NCBI GenBank assembly: GCA_022072045.1
Contig: JAJVIL010000010.1
Location: 1,617 to 65,616 of the forward strand
Length of the DNA stretch: 64,000 nt
Direction: 5' to 3'
Origin: Burkholderiaceae bacterium
Lineage (GTDB): Bacteria > Pseudomonadota > Gammaproteobacteria > Burkholderiales > Burkholderiaceae_C
Below are positions 30,858 to 41,215 of the stretch, one piece after another (position 1 is the first letter of the stretch; every line of letters starts with the position of its first letter). The notes under the pieces were generated by a model. The model made no database searches. It was given only the letters and a program-made list of their open reading frames with translations, and was not told the origin of the DNA. The translations under genes were made by a program, and so were the position numbers.

Positions 30858-31786
30858 AGTTCGAGAAGACCCCCGGCTGGCTCGACTGGTACGCGGCTCC
30901 GAGCAGGCCGCGGTTCAGCCTGCCGTCGGGCAGCGTCGATGCGCACTGCCATGTGTTCGGCCCGGGCGCGCATTTCCCCTATGCACCCGAGCGCAAGTAC
31001 ACGCCGTGCGACGCCAGCAAGGCACAGCTCTTCGCACTGCGCGATCACCTGGGCTTCGCCCGCAACGTGATCGTGCAGGCCACCTGCCACGGCGCCGACA
31101 ATCGTGCGATGGCCGATGCCTGTTTCACCAGCGACGGCAATGCGCGTGGCGTGGCGACCGTCCGGCGCAGCGTCACCGACCGCGAACTCGAGATGTTGCA
31201 CGCAGCGGGCGTGCGCGGCGTGCGGTTCAACTTCGTCAAGCGGCTGGTCGATTTCACGCCGAAGGACGAGTTGATGGAGATCGCCGGCCGCGTCCGGTTG
31301 CTGGGCTGGCACGTCGTCATCTACTTCGAGGCGCAGGATCTGCCGGAGTTGTGGGACTTCTTCACCGCGCTGCCGACCACCGTGGTGGTCGACCACATGG
31401 GCCGGCCCGACGTGCGCAAGCCGCTCGACGGCCCCGAGTTCGCGCTGTTCCTGAGGTTCATGCGCGAGCACGACAACGTGTGGAGCAAGGTGAGCTGCCC
31501 CGAGCGGCTTTCGGTGGGCGGCCCGCCCGCGCTGAACGGCGAGCGCGCGGCATACCGCGACGTGGTGCCTTTCGCGCGCCGCGTGGTCGAAACGTTCCCC
31601 GATCGCGTCCTGTGGGGAACCGACTGGCCGCATCCGAACCTGAAGGAACACATGCCCGACGACGGCCTGCTGGTCGATTTCATTCCGCACATCGCGGTCA
31701 CGGCGGCACTGCAGCGCAAGCTGCTGGTCGACAACCCGATGCGGCTGTACTGGCCCGAAGAGGCCGGCGTCGCGCGCGAAAACTGA
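30854..31786 (+). CDS. ligI: 2-pyrone-4,6-dicarboxylate hydrolase
   Basis: Collinear with SYK-6 LigI: DAHCHVFGP, FALRDHLGFARNVIVQA.CHG.DN, GVRFNF.KRLVD, VVDHMGRPDV, WGTDWPHPN. The ATG overlaps the preceding stop (ATGA). Confidence 0.9.
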   Translation: MKFEKTPGWLDWYAAPSRPRFSLPSGSVDAHCHVFGPGAHFPYAPERKYTPCDASKAQLFALRDHLGFARNVIVQATCHGADNRAMADACFTSDGNARGVATVRRSVTDRELEMLHAAGVRGVRFNFVKRLVDFTPKDELMEIAGRVRLLGWHVVIYFEAQDLPELWDFFTALPTTVVVDHMGRPDVRKPLDGPEFALFLRFMREHDNVWSKVSCPERLSVGGPPALNGERAAYRDVVPFARRVVETFPDRVLWGTDWPHPNLKEHMPDDGLLVDFIPHIAVTAALQRKLLVDNPMRLYWPEEAGVAREN

Positions 31787-31802
31787 GGCAGCGGAGGTTC
31801 CA

Positions 31803-33091
<1,289 letters not shown>

Positions 33092-33092
33092 C

Positions 33093-34040
33093 GTGACGAT
33101 TCACGTGGCACTGGCCGGCGCCGGCGCGTTCGGCATCAAGCACCTCGACGCGATCAAGAACATCGCCGATGTGAAGGTGATCTCGGTGGTCGGGCGCGAG
33201 CACGGCAAGACCAGGGAAGTCGCCGAGAAGTACGGCATCGCGCACGTGGCCACCGACCTCGCCGAAAGCCTGAAGCTGAAGGAACTCGACGCGGTGATCC
33301 TCGCCACGCCCACGCAGATGCACGCCGCGCAATCGATTGCATGCCTCGAAGCCGGCAAGCATGTGCAAGTGGAGATTCCGCTGTGCGACAAGCTGGCCGA
33401 CGGCCAGGCGGTGGTGGCGCTGCAGAAGCGCACCGGCAAGGTGGCGATGTGCGGCCACACGCGGCGCTTCAATCCCAGCCATCAGTGGGTGCGCAAGCGC
33501 ATCGTCGCCGGCGAATTCAACATCCAGCAGATGGACGTGCAGACGTACTTCTTCCGTCGCACCAACATGAACGCGCTCGGCCAGGCGCGAAGCTGGACCG
33601 ATCACCTGCTGTGGCACCACGCGGCGCACACGGTCGACCTGTTCGCCTACCAGGCGCGGTCGCCGATCGTGAAGGCCAACGCAGTGCAGGGCCCGATCCA
33701 TCCGGTGCTCGGCATCGCGATGGACATGAGCATCCAGCTCAAGTCGGCCAACGGCGCGATCTGCACGCTCTCCTTGAGCTTCAACAACGAAGGACCACTG
33801 GGCACCTTCTTCCGCTACATCGGCGACAGCGGCACCTACATCGCGCGCTACGACGACCTCTTCAACGGCAAGGAAGAGAAGATCGACGTCTCGAAGGTCG
33901 ACGTATCGACCAATGGCATCGAACTGCAGGACCGTGAGTTCTTCGCCGCCATCCGCGAGGGCAGGGAGCCCAACGCGAGCGTGGCGCAGGTGCTGCCGTG
34001 CTACGAGGTGCTGCATCGGTTGGAGCAGCAACTGCCGTAA
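33093..34040 (+). CDS. ligC: 4-carboxy-2-hydroxymuconate-6-semialdehyde dehydrogenase (Gfo/Idh/MocA family)
   Basis: Nearly collinear with SYK-6 LigC: VALAGAGAFGIKHLD, KYGIAHVATDLAESL, HTRRFNPSHQWV, EFNIQQMDVQTYFFRRTNMNALGQARSWTDHLLWHHAAHTVDLFAYQ. GTG 33093 follows GGAGA. Confidence 0.9.
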   Translation: MTIHVALAGAGAFGIKHLDAIKNIADVKVISVVGREHGKTREVAEKYGIAHVATDLAESLKLKELDAVILATPTQMHAAQSIACLEAGKHVQVEIPLCDKLADGQAVVALQKRTGKVAMCGHTRRFNPSHQWVRKRIVAGEFNIQQMDVQTYFFRRTNMNALGQARSWTDHLLWHHAAHTVDLFAYQARSPIVKANAVQGPIHPVLGIAMDMSIQLKSANGAICTLSLSFNNEGPLGTFFRYIGDSGTYIARYDDLFNGKEEKIDVSKVDVSTNGIELQDREFFAAIREGREPNASVAQVLPCYEVLHRLEQQLP

Positions 34041-34163
34041 TTGCTGCGGCGTGGCGGGCTCGCCCGCGCCGATCAGGCGCTGGTTTGACCCAGGGCAAAC
34101 GCCTGAGCGGCGATTGCTGGCAAGGTGATCGGCATCGCACGGACCACGCAAGCAGAGGCTGCC

Positions 34164-34508
34164 ATGAGCGAGCGCATCGACATTCCGGGCACCACGTTGT
34201 TCGATGGTGCGCAAGCCAGGAAAGGCTACGCGCTGAACAAGATGTGCTATTCGTTCAACGAGGCGGCCAACCGGCAGGCGTTTGTCGCCGACGAGGACGC
34301 CTACTGCGCCCGCTTCGGCCTCAGCCCGCAGCAGCGCGAGGCGATCCGCGAACGCAACGTGCTCAAGCTGATCGCCGCGGGTGGCAACGTGTACTACCTG
34401 GCCAAGTTCGCCGGCATCTTCGGTCTCGACGTGCAGGATCTCGGCGCACAGCAGACCGGCACAACCAAGGACGAATTCAAGGCGCGGCTCGTCGCCGCGC
34501 GGGGGTGA
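34164..34508 (+). CDS. LigA-like small subunit of a second class III extradiol dioxygenase
   Basis: Motifs GTTLFDGAQARKGYALNKMCYSF and GGNVYYLAKF parallel those of ligA at 31803. Confidence 0.75.
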   Translation: MSERIDIPGTTLFDGAQARKGYALNKMCYSFNEAANRQAFVADEDAYCARFGLSPQQREAIRERNVLKLIAAGGNVYYLAKFAGIFGLDVQDLGAQQTGTTKDEFKARLVAARG

Positions 34509-34513
34509 ACGCC

Positions 34514-35350
34514 ATGGCCCAGATCATCGGCGCGATCACGACATCGCACGTGCCCGCCATCGGCGGTGCAATCGCCAAGGGCTTGCAGGCCGATCCGTAC
34601 TGGAAGCCGTTCTTCGACGGTTTTCCGCCCGTGCGGCACTGGCTGAAGGAAGTGAAGCCCGATGTTGCCGTCGTGTTCTACAACGACCACGGCCTGAACT
34701 TCTTTCTCGACAAGATGCCGACCTTCGCCGTCGGTGCGGCACCCGAGTACCGCAACGCCGACGAGGGATGGGGCATTCCGCAGTTGCCGCCGTTGCAGGG
34801 GGATCAGACGCTGTCGTGGCACCTGATCGAATCGCTGGTCGGCGAGGACTTCGACGTCACCACCTGCCAGGAAATGGTGATCGACCACGGCGTATCGCTG
34901 CCGATGGCGCTGCTGTGGCCCGACCAGCGCTGGCCGGTTCGCGTGGTGCCCGTGTGCATCAACACCGTGCAGCATCCGCTGCCTTCGGCTCAGCGCTGCT
35001 ACCGGTTGGGTGCGGCGGTCGGTCGAGCCATCCGCTCCTGGGGCGAGGATGCCCGGGTGTTGGTGATCGGTACCGGTGGCCTGTCGCACCAACTCGACGG
35101 CGAACGCGCCGGGTTCATCAACAAGAACTTCGACGAGCGCTTCATGGCCAGCCTGGTCGACGACCCGGAGTGGGCCACCCGCTACTCGATCCCCGAACTC
35201 GTTCGGCTCACCGGCACGCAAGGGGTCGAGTTGGTGATGTGGCTGGCGGCCCGGGCGGCGCTTGGACCGCTGGCGCGCAAGCGGCACAGCAACTACCACA
35301 TCCCGATCTCCAACACCGCATCGGGCCTGATGCTGCTCGAGCCCGCCTGA
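34514..35350 (+). CDS. LigB-like catalytic subunit of a second class III extradiol dioxygenase
   Basis: Motifs [32 protein letters not shown] and GTGGLSHQL parallel those of ligB. Confidence 0.8.
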   Translation: MAQIIGAITTSHVPAIGGAIAKGLQADPYWKPFFDGFPPVRHWLKEVKPDVAVVFYNDHGLNFFLDKMPTFAVGAAPEYRNADEGWGIPQLPPLQGDQTLSWHLIESLVGEDFDVTTCQEMVIDHGVSLPMALLWPDQRWPVRVVPVCINTVQHPLPSAQRCYRLGAAVGRAIRSWGEDARVLVIGTGGLSHQLDGERAGFINKNFDERFMASLVDDPEWATRYSIPELVRLTGTQGVELVMWLAARAALGPLARKRHSNYHIPISNTASGLMLLEPA

Positions 35351-35424
35351 GGTCGGCGGCCGCACCGCCGGCAGATCCGCACAGCAGAATGGCGGCTTGC
35401 CGGATCAACAACAGCGAGGCCACC

Positions 35425-36114
35425 ATGACTGCATCCGATGGCGATGCCGGCGAGCGATTCGGGCGCCTCGCCGCCGAGCGGTATAGCTGCCGCGGCTTCC
35501 TGCCCGAGCCGTTGCCGCGCAGCACGATCGATCGCATCCTGACGATCGCGCAGCGCAGTCCTTCCTGGTGCAACTCGCAGGCCTGGCAACTCACGGTTGG
35601 CAGCGCCTTGGCGACCGAGCGCGCGCGGCATGCGCTGCTGGCCTACGCACAACAGGGTCTGCCGTCGAAGCCGGACCTTGACTGGCCGCGCGAGTACCGC
35701 GGGGTCTATCTGCAGCGGCGCCGAGAATGCGGCTACCAGCTCTATGCGGCAGTCGGTGTAGCGCGTGGTGACAAAGAGGGCGCCGATCGACAGCGGCTAG
35801 AGAACTTCCGCTTCTTCGGCGCGCCCCACGTAGCCATCCTGACGACCGAAGAGCCCTTGGGCACGTACGGCGCGATCGATTGCGGCGCCTACATCGGCAT
35901 CTTCATGCTGGCAGCCCGCGCTTGCGGCGTGGCGTCGATCGCCATGGCGGCGCTGGCGGCGTATCCGGAGTTCTGGCGCCGCGAATGGGGGCTCGATCCG
36001 CAGCGACGCGTGGTCTGTGGCCTGGCGTTCGGCTTGGAAGACCCGGATCACCCGGCCAACGGGTTCAGAACCAGCCGGGCCGCATTGACCGAAGCGGTGC
36101 GCTGGATCGATTGA
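35425..36114 (+). CDS. Nitroreductase-family flavoprotein
   Basis: Motifs RYSCRGF, ILTIAQRSPSWCNSQ.W, FFGAP and DCGAY. Confidence 0.75.
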   Translation: MTASDGDAGERFGRLAAERYSCRGFLPEPLPRSTIDRILTIAQRSPSWCNSQAWQLTVGSALATERARHALLAYAQQGLPSKPDLDWPREYRGVYLQRRRECGYQLYAAVGVARGDKEGADRQRLENFRFFGAPHVAILTTEEPLGTYGAIDCGAYIGIFMLAARACGVASIAMAALAAYPEFWRREWGLDPQRRVVCGLAFGLEDPDHPANGFRTSRAALTEAVRWID

Positions 36115-36223
36115 TCCATGGCGTGCCAATTATAGAAGTCGACATAATATACATTGTCGCGCATATATTGATGCGCAATCCCAGAGCTGAGAGCGGCCGG
36201 CGTTCAGGCGCCCTCGACGTCGA

Positions 36224-36466
36224 TCAGTAGATCGTGCCGAGTTGCGAGTCGACGAGTTGTTCCCGAGAGGCGTCGATGATCTCGTCGAAGTGGCGCTGAT
36301 CGTCGCCTTCACGCTTCGGGATCAGCGGCTTGTCGAGTGGGCGGCAGACGCGGCTGTTGAGCGCGCCGAGCCGGCCTGACTGCTCGATGGCCTCCAACAC
36401 AGCCTGCGGATTGATCAGCATCGCAAAGGGATCACCTACAACGATCCGGTCCTGGTGGTTCTCCAT
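36224..36466 (-). CDS. Small hypothetical protein (80 aa)
   Basis: ATG 36466 (MENHQDRIVVGDPF..) lies 6-7 nt after GGAG. No family recognised. The longer 132-aa ORF form has no convincing RBS. Confidence 0.45.
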   Translation of the reverse strand: MENHQDRIVVGDPFAMLINPQAVLEAIEQSGRLGALNSRVCRPLDKPLIPKREGDDQRHFDEIIDASREQLVDSQLGTIY

Positions 36467-36596
36467 TCGAAGCTCCGTGCGAGTCTGCGCCGACGCCGCC
36501 GACTGTAGGCAGCCGGCGCCGCCGCTCATAGCCTTCGCGGACGCGCGTTCGTGGCGGATTTCATCGACACGGCAAGTCTTGCCAACGTGACGGCGC

Positions 36597-37226
36597 CTAG
36601 CGTGAATCAAGTCGCTGCGCAAGCGCGTCTCGACCGACCGACCGCGCGAAATCTGCGGCGTTCATGCCACGCTCGTTGCGCGCCGCGACATCGGCGTGGT
36701 GCGCCAGCAGAATCGTTACCGACTGCTCGTTCCCGTAGCGCGCTGCCATCATCAACGGCGTCGTGCCGTTGGGCGATCGCGAGTCGATCGGTGCGCCCTT
36801 CTCCAGCAACCGAGCGACCATCTTCGGATCCGGTCCGGCCGCAGCGTAGAGCAGCGCATTCCAACCCTGTTGCGTGATGGCGGCGCCGCGGGCGATCAGA
36901 TTGTCCGCAATGCCGAGGCGCCCGTGAAGCGCAGCAAGCATCAATGCCGTTTCACCGGCGTTGTTCCGGGTGTCGACATTGAGTCGCGGCTGCCTCAGCA
37001 AGACGTCGACGACTTGCTCGGCGCCATCGCGCGCCGCCAGACCCAGCGCACACTGCCCCTGCGCGTCGCGGGCATTCGGGTCGAAACCACGTTCGAGCAA
37101 ACTGGCGACAGTGGTCGCGTCGTTGGCGCGAATCGCTTGAAAGAAGTCGTCGAACGACCCGGCGCGCGCAAGAGAAACCGTCAAAATGGCAAAGATATAC
37201 AGAGTTAACTTCAAGTAGATTCTCAT
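36597..37226 (-). CDS. Secreted/periplasmic ankyrin-repeat protein
   Basis: Signal peptide MRIYLKLTLYIFAILTVSLARA, then 4-5 ankyrin repeats (G.TALMLAA..G, G.TPLMMAARYG). ATG at 37226. The 542-aa ORF extension is rejected. Confidence 0.8.
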   Translation of the reverse strand: MRIYLKLTLYIFAILTVSLARAGSFDDFFQAIRANDATTVASLLERGFDPNARDAQGQCALGLAARDGAEQVVDVLLRQPRLNVDTRNNAGETALMLAALHGRLGIADNLIARGAAITQQGWNALLYAAAGPDPKMVARLLEKGAPIDSRSPNGTTPLMMAARYGNEQSVTILLAHHADVAARNERGMNAADFARSVGRDALAQRLDSR

Positions 37227-37252
37227 GTTGTTGACTGAGCGGCTGCTGAGGA

Positions 37253-38038
37253 TCAGGCCGGAAAGAATAGCCCCTCGAAGTTCGCCGTCGTAGCTTCGGC
37301 AACACGCTCGACCGAGATTTGCTTCACCTCGGCGAGCTTCATTGCCACTTGCGCTACCCAGGCAGGCTCGTTGATCCTGCCGCGATGCGGCACCGGGGCG
37401 AGATACGGGCTGTCGGTCTCGACCAGGCATCGATCGAGCGGCACCATTCGCGCGACTGCGCGCAGGTCGTCGGCATTGCGGAACGTGAGGATGCCCGAGA
37501 ACGAGATCATGAACCCGAGATCCAGCGCGGCCCGAGCTACCTCCATCGTCTCGGTGAAGCAGTGGAAGACGCCACCCGCATCGCGGGCGCCCTCCTCGCG
37601 CAGGATCGCCAGCGTGTCGGCCGAGGCGCTGCGCGTGTGCACGACAAGGGGCTTGCGCGCCTGACGCGCCGCACGTACGTGGACGCGAAAGCGCTCGCGT
37701 TGCCAATGCATCTGCTCGTGGGTGCGGCCGTCGAGCCGGTAGTAGTCGAGCCCGGTCTCGCCGATCGCCACCACCCTGGGCTGCGCGGACAATTCGACGA
37801 GGCGTTCGACGCCGGGCTCTTCGACGTCCTCGCTGTCCGGATGGACGCCGACGCTGGCCCAGAAGTTGTCGAAGCGCCGCGCGAGCGCTTGCACGCGCGG
37901 GAACTCCTCGAGGGTGGTGCAGATCGCCAGCGCGCGCTCGACGCCAGCCGCCGCCATGCTCGCGCGGACCGCATCGATGCGCCCGAACAACTCGGGAAAG
38001 GTCAGGTGGCAGTGCGAGTCGACGAACATCGGCGCCAT
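37253..38038 (-). CDS. tatD: TatD-family metal-dependent DNase/hydrolase
   Basis: Motifs FVDSHCHL, IGETGLDY, VVHTR and ETDSPYL. Confidence 0.9.
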   Translation of the reverse strand: MAPMFVDSHCHLTFPELFGRIDAVRASMAAAGVERALAICTTLEEFPRVQALARRFDNFWASVGVHPDSEDVEEPGVERLVELSAQPRVVAIGETGLDYYRLDGRTHEQMHWQRERFRVHVRAARQARKPLVVHTRSASADTLAILREEGARDAGGVFHCFTETMEVARAALDLGFMISFSGILTFRNADDLRAVARMVPLDRCLVETDSPYLAPVPHRGRINEPAWVAQVAMKLAEVKQISVERVAEATTANFEGLFFPA

Positions 38039-38074
38039 TGTCGCGCCCTGCCGTGCGCCCTCGACGCCCTAAGG

Positions 38075-38461
38075 TCAGATCGTCTGCGTCGGCTTGGCCG
38101 ATTGCAATTGAGTGCCGAGCAACTCTTCGATCTTGAGCTTGAGCAACCTCGTCTTCTCGTCGTTGGGGAACCGCACGCCGACGCCCTGCGTGCGACCGCC
38201 CGACGCATTGGCCGGCGTGATCCACGCGACCTTGCCGGCCACCGGGTAACGCTGTGGATCGTCGGGCAGCGACAACAGCAGATAGATGTCGTCGCCCAGC
38301 TTGTACTCGCGCGTGGTCGGCACGAACAACCCGCCATCCTGCAAGATGGGCACGTAAGCGGCGTAAAGCGCCCCCTTCTCGCGAAACACGAGCTGAATCA
38401 CGCTAGGGCGCGACGCGACGGCACCGCTCGCGGCAGATCGGCCAGAAGCTGATTCGCTCAT
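38075..38461 (-). CDS. pilZ: PilZ-domain protein (type IV pilus assembly PilZ-like)
   Basis: Motifs GGLFVPT, ..VAGKVAWITP.. and GVGVRF. It occupies the position between holB and tatD typical of beta/gammaproteobacteria. The ATG overlaps the holB stop (ATGA). Confidence 0.75.
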   Translation of the reverse strand: MSESASGRSAASGAVASRPSVIQLVFREKGALYAAYVPILQDGGLFVPTTREYKLGDDIYLLLSLPDDPQRYPVAGKVAWITPANASGGRTQGVGVRFPNDEKTRLLKLKIEELLGTQLQSAKPTQTI

Positions 38462-39534
38462 CCGGGCGAGTGTAGCCAATGGGTCGAGGGCTGATGCGCG
38501 GGCGCCGCGGCGCTCGACCAACATCGCGCGCCATTCGTCACAAGCGCCTCCACCAGCAGCGGGGCGTTCCACGGATGATCGTCGTGTCTCGCTGTGCGAA
38601 GCAGTTCACGTTGCCACCGCGCGAGCGCGGACAAGGTTGCGCCGGCCGGCACGGTCGCGCCGTCGAAGTACTGCGCCGCGCCGCCTGCAGCGCGCGCCAT
38701 TGCGTCGTGCGCCACTCGCTGCAACAGATCGATCACCAGGGGCAAGGGCTTGCCGAGCAACGCTTGCGCATCGCCACGCGCCACCGCTGCTGGCAACTGG
38801 TCGAGCGTTGCGTCGTCGAGGCCTGCTTCGTGCAGTGCAAGGGCCGCCAAGGGACCGCCGCTGCACACGGCGAGCGCCCGGCTGGCGGGCGCCGCCCCCT
38901 GCGTGCTCAGCCAGGCCAGCGCCTGCGCTGAATCGGGAACCGCCATGCGCAGGCGCTGAACACGGCTGCGCAGGGTGGGCAAGAGCCGCTGCGGGTCGCC
39001 GCCCGCCATCACGATGCGCAGGTTGCCCGGTGGCTCCTCCAGCGTCTTGAGCAACGCATTGGCCGACGCCGCATGGATGGCCTCGGCAGGAAAGATCAGG
39101 AGCACTCGGCCGCGCGCCGAGCTGGCACTGCGCTGCGTCCATTCAATGGCCTCGCGCACCTGCTCGATCTTGATTTCGCGGCTCGGCTTGGCGTTGGCGC
39201 GATGCAGCGGGTCGTCCTCGACCAGCCAGTCGAACCGCACCCGCAGCACTTCGGGCACGACGATGCGCAGGTCGGGATGGGTGCGCCGGTGCACCTGGCG
39301 GCAGGCGGCGCACTGGCCGCACGGGGCCCGCTCCACGTGCTCGCACAGCCGGGCCTGCGCGAGCGTGAGGGCGAGCTCCGTTTGCCCGACGTCCTGATCC
39401 GCGTGCACCAGCAGCGCGTGCGAGCGCTTCAGCCGCAGCGCCTGATCGAGCGGCGCGCGCAGCCAAGGCAGCGGCAAAGAACCGTCGCCGGCCACCCCGA
39501 CAGTCTTGGGCTCACCACCAGCCACGGCGGCCAA
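38458..39534 (-). CDS. holB: DNA polymerase III delta' subunit
   Basis: Motifs HALLVHA..GVG, the zinc module CGQCAACR, and [11 protein letters not shown]. The start is uncertain (TTG 39534 or GTG 39525) and overlaps the tmk 3' end. Confidence 0.85.
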   Translation of the reverse strand: MAAVAGGEPKTVGVAGDGSLPLPWLRAPLDQALRLKRSHALLVHADQDVGQTELALTLAQARLCEHVERAPCGQCAACRQVHRRTHPDLRIVVPEVLRVRFDWLVEDDPLHRANAKPSREIKIEQVREAIEWTQRSASSARGRVLLIFPAEAIHAASANALLKTLEEPPGNLRIVMAGGDPQRLLPTLRSRVQRLRMAVPDSAQALAWLSTQGAAPASRALAVCSGGPLAALALHEAGLDDATLDQLPAAVARGDAQALLGKPLPLVIDLLQRVAHDAMARAAGGAAQYFDGATVPAGATLSALARWQRELLRTARHDDHPWNAPLLVEALVTNGARCWSSAAAPAHQPSTHWLHSPG

Positions 39535-40126
39535 CCTCCTGCTCCACCTGGGCCCACACCGACGGCTCCGGGCCGCGGGCGTCGATGCGGGCGATGCGTT
39601 GCGGGTGCTCGGCGTGGCGCCGCGCGTAGCCCTCGCGCACGCGGGCGAAGAATGCCTCGTCCTGCCGTTCGAGGCGATCGGGCGGGCGGGCGGCTGCGCG
39701 TCGCGTCGCTGCTTCGGCCGGCTCGAGGTCGAACCATAACGTCAGATCGGGTTGCCGACCGCCCTGCACCCACCGCTCAAGCTGCGCCAGCACGTTCCAA
39801 TCGAAACCGCGGCCGGCGCCCTGGTACGCGAAGGTGGCGTCGGTGAAGCGGTCGCACAACACCGTATGGCCCGCCGCAAGTGCCGGTTCGATGCGCCGGC
39901 GCAGGTGATCGCGGCGAGCCGCAAACACCAGCAGGCATTCGGTCAATGCATCCATGTCGTCGCGCAGGAAGCGCTCGCGCAATTGCTCGGCCAATGGTGT
40001 TCCCCCCGGCTCGCGCGTGACGATCACCGTGTGTCCGCGCGCGCGGATCCAGTGGGCGAGCGGCTCGACGTGCGAGCTCTTGCCGGCGCCGTCGATGCCT
40101 TCGAACGTGATGAAGCGTGCGCTCAT
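39512..40126 (-). CDS. tmk: Thymidylate kinase
   Basis: P-loop [13 protein letters not shown], then REPGGT and DRF..S..AYQG. Confidence 0.9.
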   Translation of the reverse strand: MSARFITFEGIDGAGKSSHVEPLAHWIRARGHTVIVTREPGGTPLAEQLRERFLRDDMDALTECLLVFAARRDHLRRRIEPALAAGHTVLCDRFTDATFAYQGAGRGFDWNVLAQLERWVQGGRQPDLTLWFDLEPAEAATRRAAARPPDRLERQDEAFFARVREGYARRHAEHPQRIARIDARGPEPSVWAQVEQEVGRRGWW

Positions 40127-40147
40127 CGGCGCATGATGCGCGATTTT

Positions 40148-41143
40148 TCAGCGACCGCCGCGCTGATGAATGTTCACCGCCCGGTTGTGCTCGACCAGCG
40201 ACTCGCTGAACACGCTGCTGCCGTCGCCGCGCGCCACGAAGTACAAGGCCTTCGTGCGCTCGGGGTTCAGTGCCGCGCGAATCGAAGCCAGCCCAGGCAT
40301 CGCGATCGGCGTCGGGGGCAGGCCGGCGCGGGTATAGGTGTTGTAGGGCCCATCGGCAAGCAGGTCGCGCTTTCGCAGGTTGCCGTCGAACGACTCCCCC
40401 AGGCCGTAGATCACGGTGGGGTCGGTCTGCAGCGGCATGCCCTTGCGCAACCGGTTGGTGAACACGCCGGCGATCTGGGCCCGGTCGCTCGCCTTGCCGG
40501 TTTCCTTCTCGACGATCGATGCCAGGATCAATGCCTCCTCGGGGGACTTCAACGGCAGACCAGCGGCCCGCGAATCCCACGCCAACTGGAGCTGGCGTTG
40601 CATGTGCTCGTAAGCGCGCTTCAGCACGGTGAGATCGCTGACGCCGCGGCTGTAGACGTAGGTGTCGGGAAAGAAGCGCCCTTCCGCCGGGATTGTCGGT
40701 GCACCAAGCGCCGCCATCAGTTGCGCGTCGCTCATGCCCACACTGACCGGCCTCAGGTAAGGGGCGCGAGTCAGCTCGGCGCGGAACTGGCGCAGCGTCC
40801 ACCCCTCGAGCAAGCGCACGCGCTCGAAGAACTCCTCGCCCTGAACCATCTTGGCAAGCAACTGGCGCGGCGTCACATCGGGCCCCGCCACGTAGCTTCC
40901 GGCGCGTATGCGCCGCGCATCGCCCGACCAGCGGAACCACTCGTACAACATGACCGGCGCAACCCGCACGCCGGCGCGCACCCACGCATTGGCCACTTCG
41001 CGCGGCGTGGCCCCTGGCTCGATGGAGAGTTCGACTGTGGCCGTGGCCAGCGGCAGCGGTCGATCGAGCCAGCGCCACACCCAGGCCGCGCCGCCGACCG
41101 CACCCAGCAGCAACACGATCAACAACCAGCGCAGAAATCTCAT
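40148..41143 (-). CDS. mltG: Endolytic murein transglycosylase MltG (YceG)
   Basis: N-terminal TM segment, then motifs ILASIVEKET, VFTNRL..GM.LQTDPTV.YG and NTY...GLPP.PI. Confidence 0.85.
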   Translation of the reverse strand: MRFLRWLLIVLLLGAVGGAAWVWRWLDRPLPLATATVELSIEPGATPREVANAWVRAGVRVAPVMLYEWFRWSGDARRIRAGSYVAGPDVTPRQLLAKMVQGEEFFERVRLLEGWTLRQFRAELTRAPYLRPVSVGMSDAQLMAALGAPTIPAEGRFFPDTYVYSRGVSDLTVLKRAYEHMQRQLQLAWDSRAAGLPLKSPEEALILASIVEKETGKASDRAQIAGVFTNRLRKGMPLQTDPTVIYGLGESFDGNLRKRDLLADGPYNTYTRAGLPPTPIAMPGLASIRAALNPERTKALYFVARGDGSSVFSESLVEHNRAVNIHQRGGR

Positions 41144-41215
41144 GACGCGCTACACGGCATGGCGGCGAGTCCCTGTCGCAGGGATACCGTTGGACAACGA
41201 TGATAATCGGCGGCC

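Noticed and set aside
36130-36142. A shared 13-mer TTATAGAAG(T/A)CGA here and at 44913..44925 (aceA upstream), as a possible common operator.
   Set aside because: It is a single 12/13 match between two AT-rich spacers. The 36130 copy lies in a convergent, terminator-side spacer with no downstream gene. The match is compatible with chance and needs a genome-wide motif search.
36224-36622. The 132-aa version of the small ORF downstream of the ankyrin gene.
   Set aside because: The upstream 52 codons are Arg/Ala-rich and overlap the end of the ankyrin gene region. The internal ATG at 36466 has a properly spaced GGAG, so the 80-aa form is reported instead, itself with modest confidence.
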